From Candidatus Bathyarchaeota archaeon (GTDB lineage Archaea > Thermoproteota > Bathyarchaeia > 40CM-2-53-6): 12,775 nucleotides of DNA. Made by a program: the position numbers and the translations under genes. Each line of letters starts with the position of its first letter. The stretch's first letter is position 1. The stretch covers positions 1-12,775 of the forward strand of contig CAWHWX010000035.1 in the NCBI GenBank assembly GCA_963833125.1. The letters run 5' to 3'. The notes below the pieces were generated by a model. The model was not told where the DNA came from. It did no database searches and saw only the letters and a list, made by a program, of their open reading frames with translations. Positions 1 to 8,272 of this stretch are shown in pieces.

Positions 1-89
1 GTACACTAACTCAAGGACATCGAAATTAGACGCTCTTCCTTCGAAAGTCCATAGAGCAGGTTAACGTCAATAGTGCAGGCGCAGAAATC

Positions 90-1377
90 GTGGAACAGAC
101 TACAAAATCAGTCGTCAAACCACTGAGGCGTCGCCGATTGCTCGGTTTCGCTTACTTCGGGCTCATCCTCTTCATGCTCGTCTACTTCGCTCGCCCAGGA
201 GATTGGATACCCATATTGGCAGCTATCCCTCTTGCGAAAATTACGGGTATCTTGATTGTTCTGGCCTTGGCTTTTTCATTCAGCCAAATCCGCTGGCGCA
301 TGCCTCAGGATGTTATCTTTCTGGCTCTCTTGGTAGGTAATTCTGGCTCGCTGCCGTGTTCTCCACTGTCTGGAGGGCCGGAGCCATCAACACGATGCTC
401 GATTTTTCTAAAGTCTTACCTTTGGTCATGGTCATCTACGCGGCCGTCCGTTCAATGAGCAGGCTTCGATGGATCTTGTTCGTACAAGCCACTTGTGTTG
501 GGCAATCGCGATCATGAGCATTGTGAATGCGCACATATTGCGGGGTCGCCTGCAAAGCGTTCTTTCCGGGATGTACGGAAGTCCCAACGACCTGGCACTC
601 GTCGTCGACCTTAGCCTCCCTCTTTGTTTGGCACTCGCACTTACAACCAGGGGATACTGGGAGAAACTCGCATGGGCTTGTACGATGCTCGCGATGGTTT
701 ATGCAGTTTTTTTAACCGCATCTCGCGGCGGAGCCATCGCTCTTATTGTTGCGGCGCTTGTGTGCGTCTGGGAGTTGGGCGTCAAGAACCGTCGCTTCTA
801 CCTGCTCTTGCTCGTGCCTATCGTATTGGTGTTAGTTTGGTTCTTCGGTGGGAACGCACTCCGAGAACGATTTGAACAAACCAACGTGGATACTACGACA
901 ATGAATCAAGAGACAGAAGCCTCTGGTTCTGCGCAGCAACGCAAAGAACTCTTCTTGAAAAGTGTTCAAGTCACGGCCCAGCATCCGCTCTTCGGCGTGG
1001 GGCCGGGGAATTTTGAAGTTATATCGGGAGTGTGGCACGTCACCCACAACTCCTATACGCAGATCAGTGCGGAAGCGGGCATTCCGGATTCATTTTGTAC
1101 GTACTCATCTTATTGAGTGGGATCGCCAATCTAGGGCTATCAAAGACAACTCAAGCTGGGGAATAGGAACCGGCTTTTCTCGATGGCGCTGCATGCTAGT
1201 CTTGCTGCGTATCTCGTCGGCTCTTTTTTCGCCAGCGACGCATACCAACTATTTCCGTATTGCTTAATTTCGTACACAAGCGCGTTGCGTTTAATTGTGC
1301 GGAGGGATCGAGCAGCCGTGGGTTTGAATTCGACTGCACTGCCGCCAACCGTCGAAGTGGAAGCGTCAGTCTGGTAA
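90..1377 (+). CDS. O-antigen ligase/polymerase (Wzy_C/WaaL-like) family membrane protein, broken by about 4-5 frameshifts (pseudogene or sequencing error)
   Basis: ORFs 90-458, 469-1116 and 1183-1377 join into one polytopic protein if single bases are restored near 339, 500 and 1088 and further bases near 1135-1145. The hidden frame reads ...LLVG[Q]FWLAAVFSTVWRAGAINTMLDFSKVLPLVMVIYAAVRSMSRLRWILFVQATCV... and ...GIP[G]FILYVLILLSGIANL.... Family motifs: SPNDLAL, VFLTASRGGAIAL, HPLFGVGPGNF, THNSYTQISAEAGIP. Confidence 0.85.
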
Positions 1378-1498
1378 GGGGAGGAGAATCTGCCATTACC
1401 TGAACCTTCCGCGCGAACTTGCTAGATACCCGATCCATCTGTGACCCGAAATGCTCTGCGACCAAGTTGCTGACTTCTCTTATGGGCTGAGCGAAGAA

Positions 1499-2250
1499 TT
1501 AGCCACTCTGTTTTGAAAAGAGGAGATGTATCCAATTCGCACGCTGCTTTGTGCAAGAAGTTTGAACGCTGTTGATACGAGCAGCGAAGCCAGATAAAAC
1601 CCTTTGCCATAGCTGGCTGTTCTCGGCTGGTCTCATTCGGGTGCCACAATAGATGCAAGGTTCTTCTTGCTCGTAGTACCCCAGGGATTTCCAGCGAGAT
1701 CTAAGAGGTAGACGGACAAGGCAGTCGTGGATTGCTTGGTTTTGCCAACATAAGAGACAGACATCAACCGTAATCCTGAAAATAGCTCTAGGAGATCATT
1801 TAGGTCGAAGGAGTTCACGTGCCCCCACGGCGGATTGACTTTCCCGCAGGTACGGCAGGTGCAACGTCCTATCCTCGTATCTTGCTGGAACGGAACCCCA
1901 ACGATAATCTCATGTTTGGCAACCCTGATAATTTCGCTACATGCCCGCTGAATTTCGGAAATGTGCTCTAGTACTTCCGCGCAAAAGACGCAATCGAACG
2001 AGTCGGACGCGAAATCAAGTTGTGTTACGTCTCCGGCAACCGTCACTACCCTCGGGATTTCAAAACTGGGCCTTTCCAAGTCGAGTGCCGTCACTTCAAC
2101 GAAATATTCCGTGAGTAACCGAGAGAAATGGCCGTCCCTTGCCCCAATATCGAGTACGGACGAGCGGTTCTTGGGAAGCAAGCGCAATAAGTCATTCGTT
2201 CGAGCCTTTTCGTCTTCACTTGCGTGGTATTTTTCGAGATTTCTCTCCAC
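1499..2250 (-). CDS. Class I SAM-dependent methyltransferase with two CxxC motifs; one frameshift near 1675
   Basis: GTG start with AGAGG 5 nt upstream. Motifs VLDIGARDG, VTALDLE and SFDCVFCAEVLEHI. Restoring one T near 1675 extends NPWGT into YEQEEPCIYCGTRMRPAENSQLWQRVLSGFAARINSVQTSCTKQRANWIHLLFSKQSG, with TAA at 1501-1499. Confidence 0.85.
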
Positions 2251-2486
2251 CCGAACCTCTAGAAGCTGCTAGCGTTTTAATTGGCGGGTTGATTGTAACT
2301 CAAATTAGTTAGCTCAAATCCGATTGAATTTCTCCGAATTCATGGCAATCGATGTCACGCACGTCATCAAAATGGCCTTCTCTGAGTTAAGATACAACGC
2401 TATGGATATGTCGGGCAGTTTAAAGTTCATCCGCCAATGACCATTGAAAGGATATGTTGGATTGATTGAAACGAAGGCAACGGTGG

Positions 2487-4070
2487 ATGGTGTCCAAAAA
2501 CGGCAACGAATACCCACGAAATGGCGCCTTCAAGGACTCTCTGAGTTTACAAGATATGGCTCCTGACCAGGAACTGACGTTGGACGCAAGAAATCTCGAC
2601 AGTATTCTCGTCCGAGGAGTGGCTTGGACAGCGGCTGTTAAATGGCTCACTCAGGTCATCACGTGGGGTATGACAGTTGTTGTCGCGCGCTTATTGGCTC
2701 CCTCTGATTATGGCTTGGTGGGAATGGCAACGATTTATATTACTCTCCTTACGTTATTCAGCGAGTTCGGCATAGGTACAGCGATTGTCACTATGCATGA
2801 TCTGACTGATGACCAAGTGTCACAGCTGAATACGCTTTCTTTATTCTTGGGTCTTCTCGGCTTCCTCATTTCTGCCGCAGCCGCGGTTCCCTTGGGAAGG
2901 TTCTTCCACGCGCCAAATCTCCCATTAGTTGTCATCACGCTGAGTGGCGGTTTTATTGTCTCTGGAATCCGCACTGTGCCCTATTCCCTCTTGCAAAAAG
3001 CATTACGTTTCAAACTTCTCGCTTTCATCGAAGGTTTGCAAGGCGTTGTTCAAGCGCTCCTCACTCTAATCCTCGCTTCCCTAGGTTTTGGATATTGGGC
3101 CCTCGTTTTCGGCATCCTCTCTGTTAGTGTCACGCCTACAGTGCTTGCGTTAATCTGGCGCCGACAAAGATTCGCGGTCCCGAAATTCTCATCTATTAGA
3201 AAAGCTATATATTACAGTCGTCATATTGTGGTCGGGCGATTGTGCTGGGCGGGCTACGATAATTCCGATTTCATCGTTGCGGGCAGGGTTCTGGGAGAAG
3301 GTCCATTAGGCGCCTATACACTTGCGTGGACATTAGCCCACACTCCTCTCGAGAAATTGACGACCCTCGCCAATCGCGTAACCCCCTCCGTGTTTGCCAT
3401 AATTCAAACTGATCCGGAAGCATTGCGCCGCTATCTCCGAAATATCACAGGTGCAATGGCATTGATTATATTTCCTGCAACGATCGGCATGGTGCTGGTT
3501 GCTCCTCAGTTTGTGTCCTTGGTTCTCGGCCCCAAATGGAACGGGGTTGTAGCTCCTCTCGAACTGCTCGCCCTACACGCCTTGATCCGCTCAAATGTCA
3601 TTTTGCTGTCCCCCCTTCTAAATGCGATCGGCGAGGAACGTCTAGTAATGTGGAATTCTGTTGTCGCTCTAATCGTGCTCCCGCCCTCATTCTATATAGG
3701 CAGTCACTGGGGAACGGTCGGAATCGCCGCCGGATGGGTTATCGCTTATCCATTAGTGCAACTTCGTCTGTTTTCGCGTATCTTCCGACGTATTCACATG
3801 TCCCGTTCCGAATACTTAGAAGTGCTGTGGCCGGCGCTCAGTGGTTGTGCTGTGATGGTAATTGCTGTAACTGCTTTGAAATTTGCCTCGAGTGAGCTAT
3901 GGCCACTATATACTCGGCTGGTTTCAGAAATCCTTGTCGGGTTTCTCGCTTATGGGGTGGTGTTGCTTCTGTTACATCGCAACTATCTGCTGTTGATTCT
4001 GCAGTTTGTAAGAGCGTCGCGACGCGGCTCAAGAGTTTCGCAACCTCAAAGCCAGAGTGTAACTCAATGA
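2487..4070 (+). CDS. wzx: Wzx/PST-family polysaccharide flippase (lipopolysaccharide biosynthesis protein)
   Basis: Polytopic ORF with typical PST motifs: RGVAW, VVARLLAPSDYGLVGMA, FSEFGIGTAIV, LLQKALRFK, GFGYWALVFG, DFIVAGRVLGEGPLGAYTLA, LVLGPKW. The start is uncertain (2466, 2487 or 2556). Confidence 0.92.
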   Translation: MVSKNGNEYPRNGAFKDSLSLQDMAPDQELTLDARNLDSILVRGVAWTAAVKWLTQVITWGMTVVVARLLAPSDYGLVGMATIYITLLTLFSEFGIGTAIVTMHDLTDDQVSQLNTLSLFLGLLGFLISAAAAVPLGRFFHAPNLPLVVITLSGGFIVSGIRTVPYSLLQKALRFKLLAFIEGLQGVVQALLTLILASLGFGYWALVFGILSVSVTPTVLALIWRRQRFAVPKFSSIRKAIYYSRHIVVGRLCWAGYDNSDFIVAGRVLGEGPLGAYTLAWTLAHTPLEKLTTLANRVTPSVFAIIQTDPEALRRYLRNITGAMALIIFPATIGMVLVAPQFVSLVLGPKWNGVVAPLELLALHALIRSNVILLSPLLNAIGEERLVMWNSVVALIVLPPSFYIGSHWGTVGIAAGWVIAYPLVQLRLFSRIFRRIHMSRSEYLEVLWPALSGCAVMVIAVTALKFASSELWPLYTRLVSEILVGFLAYGVVLLLLHRNYLLLILQFVRASRRGSRVSQPQSQSVTQ

Positions 4071-4405
4071 AGTAATCCAGTTTCACCGTTCATCCCGCTC
4101 GTGTCTCAACTCTAGAATGGCCACACCGTTGGACTCTGCCCACCGGTTATCGGAATTCTTATAGTTTTTTGCGGCAAGATTAAATGGTCCTCAAAGACTT
4201 ATGAAGTGTTCAGGAGGACCTGTCTGGCACGGATAACTGCGAAAAACGGCTGGTGCATTTTGGGCCAAGCTGATCGCTCGGGCCGAGAACGCGAAGGCGC
4301 TTTTAGAAAGCGGCATTTGAAGGAGGATTCAGACTGCGAATGACCAAACGGATAAGACTAAGTCGTCTCTAATAGCTCAAGTCTGAGCAAGAGCTAAAAT
4401 GCTGA

Positions 4406-5644
4406 ATGGTGTACGGCTGGACTACTATGAATCACTCTGGAATCCATGAGAACGTTGACAGGCCGCCGAAGAATTCTTTAGAAGGGAACAATCCTGTGCC
4501 GGATATGTCTCGCGCAGAAAAGATTCTAACTACTGCACGTTGGCTCCCTGCTTACATTTGGCAGCGGATGACACGGACGCTTCCCCAAGGGCAGCGACAT
4601 TTAATTTTTGCAATGGCCGATCATTTCGAGCCTTCGATCCTCCCGGACGCGCCAGGAAGACTCGCATCGCTGGGTCTGCAAGAGCAGCGACTCGAGAAAT
4701 GGTGCCGCACGTATCCAAGGGTGTTTGACGAATGGCGAGATTCTAGTGGTTTTCCGTTTGTCCACACCTATTTCTATCCCGCAGAACAATACAAACCTGC
4801 TTTAGTGGAGCGTCTTGCACAGCATTGCCATGGCGGATGGGGGGAGATCGAGGTTCAACTTCACCATGGCGTGCAGGTCCCCGACACGGCTGGGAATACG
4901 CGTCGGCACCTCGCTGAATTTCGGGATTCGCTGGCAGGTCTCGGCTGCCTCTCGCGAGCACGGGGGGATCAAGTGCCTCGCTATGGTTTTGTGCACGGGA
5001 ACTGGGCGCTCGCGAACTCCTGCAATGGGCGCTGCTGTGGCGTAGATGAAGAGATGCAGGTACTCGCGGATACCGGATGCTTCGCCGACTTCACTCTTCC
5101 ATCTGCACCGAACCCAGCACAGGTGTCTAATATCAATCTTCTCTACGAGTGCGGACTTCCCCTGACTTCACGCGCACCCCACCGGCGCGCTAAGCCTCTC
5201 CACTCTGGCCTCCCGCCCACCACCTTCCCGCTGATCATTGAGGGGCCACTCCTGATTGATTTTGGAAAGCGTGAGACTGGACGGTTGCCATTTAAGATCG
5301 AGAACGCAGCTGTATCCGGGCTCAATCCCCCAAGTTTGCATCGACTATGCTTGTGGATGCTCGCAGACATTACCGTTGCCGGACGGCCAGACTGGCTCTT
5401 TATCAAGCTGCACTGTCACGGAATGGATCCACGTGATGAGTCGAGCATGATTGGCGAAGCGGTGCAGCGCTTCATGCGAGACTTGACATGCTGGGCGCAA
5501 GATAATCCCGATAATCAGCTCCATTTTGTTACCGGACGCGAGATGGTGAACATTGCTCTCGCGGCAGCCGACGGGAACGAAGGCAATCCATCCGACTACC
5601 GGGATTATTATTTTCAATCGCAACGGCCGAAGCAGCAACCCTAA
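4406..5644 (+). CDS. Conserved hypothetical protein, possibly a divergent polysaccharide deacetylase-like (NodB/CE4-type barrel) metalloenzyme
   Basis: Uninterrupted 412-aa ORF with His/Asp/Glu-rich motifs ADHFEP, HTYFYP, GEIEVQLHH, FVHGNWALANS, CFADFTLPS, FIKLHCHG and LHFVT. The start could be 4406, 4427 or 4505. The CDS is secure but the function is inferred. Confidence 0.75.
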   Translation: MVYGWTTMNHSGIHENVDRPPKNSLEGNNPVPDMSRAEKILTTARWLPAYIWQRMTRTLPQGQRHLIFAMADHFEPSILPDAPGRLASLGLQEQRLEKWCRTYPRVFDEWRDSSGFPFVHTYFYPAEQYKPALVERLAQHCHGGWGEIEVQLHHGVQVPDTAGNTRRHLAEFRDSLAGLGCLSRARGDQVPRYGFVHGNWALANSCNGRCCGVDEEMQVLADTGCFADFTLPSAPNPAQVSNINLLYECGLPLTSRAPHRRAKPLHSGLPPTTFPLIIEGPLLIDFGKRETGRLPFKIENAAVSGLNPPSLHRLCLWMLADITVAGRPDWLFIKLHCHGMDPRDESSMIGEAVQRFMRDLTCWAQDNPDNQLHFVTGREMVNIALAAADGNEGNPSDYRDYYFQSQRPKQQP

Positions 5645-5645
5645 G

Positions 5646-6971
5646 CTAAGTCAAGTGTCTATGGGCTAGTTCCCGAATCCATTTAGCGAGTTGACAACTC
5701 AAAGAGCGAGAATGGAATCGTTCTGACCATTGCTGCCGGGTGGCGTCAGGTGAGTTTGCCGGAACAGTTAAGGCAAGATGAAATTTGGCGCCAATTTTGC
5801 AGGGCTCATCCTCTGCCGCCCAGATGCCAATCCCCGTCTGTGCCATCAGGTTGCTAAGTGCTCCCTCTTGGCTGACGGCGAAAATCGGTTTGCCTGTCGA
5901 CAGATATTCGTAAAATTTCAATGGAATCTGAGCGCGGTATCCGCCTTGAAAGACCAGAAGTAGATCCGCGCCCCAAAGGAGTCGTTTAGCTTCGTCTTTA
6001 TTCACACGAGGAAGAAATTCAATCATTCTCGAATCCATCAGTTCGCTTGCCACCTGCCGGCAAGCCGCAATTTGGGATTCGTCCGTGTCACCTACGAAGA
6101 GAACTTTGACCGCATCCGGGTCCAACATTTGTTTTTTCGTCAGCATCGATAGGGCGGCACAGAAAGTATCAATCCGGCGACCTTCGTAGATGTGCCCGAG
6201 GTGCAAACAACGCAGTGGTCTGTGTTTCTTGAGCTCCAAGTTTGACGGTGCCTCAAGATCGTCGAACCCGTTCGTGAGAGTTACAAATCTCTCTGGTGCA
6301 AATTTCTGGTAACGCTCGCGCATCAACCTGTTTTGAAAGTCAGTGTTGCAGACCACTAGGTCGGCCAATCCCACACAGCTCGCTTCCAGCCGCATGTCAA
6401 GGTCCCGACGCCACTTCGGCAGGGGAGTAAGGACCGATTCGTCGGTGGCCCAGGGGTCCCGGAAATCTGCAATCCACGGAATTTGATACTTCTTTTTCAA
6501 GCTCCGGCCAATGAGATGTGCGGTTGAAGGCGGTGAGGTTGACAAGATAGCATCGAATTCCCCGGTTTGGAGCAGTTGCCCCCCTGCCCGCTTAGCCGGA
6601 AAATACCAGCCCCAGTGCTGGTCCGGGATCGACAGGGCCGAAAGCGCATTTTGACGCAGGCGCCCAAGTAGCGCTGAGTAACTCCCCTGTGCCTTCGGTC
6701 TACCATCATCCTTGCGAGAATCGGATGGGATTAGTCTATGCTTCCAGGTCGCATACCAATCGAGAGGAGTATTTTGCTGCACGGTGCGGATGACGCGAGT
6801 CGCTCGAGGGACCAAGAGTGTGTGGTCAAGTTGGTCCTGAAATCGATTCTGAACCGTGAGAATGACGGGTTGAACGCCAAACTCAGGCAAGTAGCTGCAA
6901 AAGCGGGCGATACGACTCCCTCCAACTTCCGCAGATGGGGGAAAGGCGTAGGCGATCAAAAGGATTCGCAA
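5646..6971 (-). CDS. Glycosyltransferase, GT-B fold, family 4-like
   Basis: TTG start with GGTGAGG upstream. N-terminus RILLIAYAFPP...GGSR, then STSPPSTAHL, PWIADFRDPW, TNGFD, ADLLL and IPLKFYEYLSTGKPI. Its stop lies 1 nt from the stop of the convergent 4406-5644 gene. Confidence 0.92.
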   Translation of the reverse strand: MRILLIAYAFPPSAEVGGSRIARFCSYLPEFGVQPVILTVQNRFQDQLDHTLLVPRATRVIRTVQQNTPLDWYATWKHRLIPSDSRKDDGRPKAQGSYSALLGRLRQNALSALSIPDQHWGWYFPAKRAGGQLLQTGEFDAILSTSPPSTAHLIGRSLKKKYQIPWIADFRDPWATDESVLTPLPKWRRDLDMRLEASCVGLADLVVCNTDFQNRLMRERYQKFAPERFVTLTNGFDDLEAPSNLELKKHRPLRCLHLGHIYEGRRIDTFCAALSMLTKKQMLDPDAVKVLFVGDTDESQIAACRQVASELMDSRMIEFLPRVNKDEAKRLLWGADLLLVFQGGYRAQIPLKFYEYLSTGKPIFAVSQEGALSNLMAQTGIGIWAAEDEPCKIGAKFHLALTVPANSPDATRQQWSERFHSRSLSCQLAKWIRELAHRHLT

Positions 6972-7190
6972 GGCGACCTCACCTGATCTACTTTCAGGAG
7001 CTATGCCTGGGCCGACTCGGCTACGCTACTCATTCGGGCCAGTAGCGCCAAACAACAACTCGCCCGCGTCGGTCGACCCGACTAACAAACAATGCGGCTC
7101 GGACCTAATAATTCCATCTTTCAGCTGGTGATTCTCTGACGGCAGAATAACAATTACGGTAATATACTTCAGCTTTTCTTACGCCACTGG

Positions 7191-7979
7191 ATGAATAATT
7201 CCTGGTGCCAATATGCCCATAGGTGCGTAAATAAAGTGAGATTCGATAAAGCCCGAGAAGCAGTGCAGGTGCCACAAGATGAATACCATCTGCAAGAATT
7301 GACTATCGCTCTGGATTCTGACAGTCCCGCTCATTATCTGCCGATCTTTGAGGCGGGACAAAGGGTCTTGGATATCGGCTGCGGTGCAGGTCAGACTCTG
7401 ATTGCGGCATGCCCCTATAGAATACCTGGTGACGGCGGCGGTTGCGTGACGTGTGCCAGAACCGATGATGTCTGTTGTGGCTGGGCATCCGGCGTGGATA
7501 TTGACGTGGGAGCGTTACGGCTGGGGCGCGCTTGGAGCAAGATATTAGAACTACAACAGGGAGCTGCTGAATACCTGCCTTTTAGCGATCAACAATTCGA
7601 CACGGTCGTCTCCCGCGTCGCCCTCGTGTTCGTCGATATGAGGACGGCGCTTTCTGAAGTTCGCCGAGTCTTACGACCTGGAGGTAAAATCTGGTTCAGT
7701 TTGCACAGGTTCTCTATGATTACTGGGCAGATCGGTCGGAAAAACTGGCGCGGTCTCATCTACCTTGCTTACGTTGCACTGAACGGATTGCTGTTCCATT
7801 TTACACTGCGCACGTGTGCCCTTTTCGGACGGCGCGAATATTGGCAGACGGCCTCCGCAATGAGAAGAGTTCTGAGGAAATACGGATTCAAAGATATTCA
7901 GGTAGAATCGACCGGAAGTGCCTTGATCGTTTCAGCACGCCTCGCTAAAGCAGAAACAGATCCGGTTTTGCTCTCTTGA
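7191..7979 (+). CDS. Class I SAM-dependent methyltransferase (type 11-like) with a Cys-rich insertion
   Basis: Motifs VLDIGCGAG, GVDID, AEYLPFSDQQFDTVVS and EVRRVLRPGG. The true start may be a downstream GTG (about 7236 or 7263). Confidence 0.9.
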   Translation: MNNSWCQYAHRCVNKVRFDKAREAVQVPQDEYHLQELTIALDSDSPAHYLPIFEAGQRVLDIGCGAGQTLIAACPYRIPGDGGGCVTCARTDDVCCGWASGVDIDVGALRLGRAWSKILELQQGAAEYLPFSDQQFDTVVSRVALVFVDMRTALSEVRRVLRPGGKIWFSLHRFSMITGQIGRKNWRGLIYLAYVALNGLLFHFTLRTCALFGRREYWQTASAMRRVLRKYGFKDIQVESTGSALIVSARLAKAETDPVLLS

Positions 7980-7991
7980 GCTTACGGGTGC

Positions 7992-8007
7992 GTCATTTCG
8001 AAATGAC
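7992..8007. other. Perfect 16-bp palindrome GTCATTTCGAAATGAC (terminator-like hairpin or operator)
   Basis: Exactly self-complementary, 12 nt after the methyltransferase stop, with no clear U-tract. The function is not established. Confidence 0.5.
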
Positions 8008-8272
8008 CATTTGGCGAGCCCGAGACCTGTCCCTCGGCTGTTCCTTAACTGTCATGTCGGCCAGTGGAATGCTTACGATGCTGTAAAGTAAGCTGTGCTG
8101 TCCGGCCCGAGAATCTCCTTGGTCTGACCTGAGGTGGCGCTCGGGATGCTTTGGAATGCAGAAGCCAAGTCAAGCGGAAGTACCGTGTTTCGTAGGAACC
8201 GGCTCGACGATGCTTTGAGCACCGCAAATTAAAGAGACCAGCTAACGGAAAAAGGGTGGAGCGCGACTACGA

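Noticed and set aside
1422-1658. 78-aa minus-strand ORF as the continuation of the first methyltransferase
   Set aside because: The protein-like continuation (EPCIYCG...NWIHLLFSK) is in a different frame and ends at 1499.
4224-4240. Sigma-54-like promoter CTGGCACGGATAACTGC
   Set aside because: The GG-to-GC spacing is 11 nt rather than the strict 10. It would only be valid if there is an indel error here.
7078-7150. attC-like start (CTAACAA...) suggesting integron cassettes for the methyltransferases
   Set aside because: It does not fit RYYYAAC, there is no complementary GTTRRRY end, and no integrase is present.
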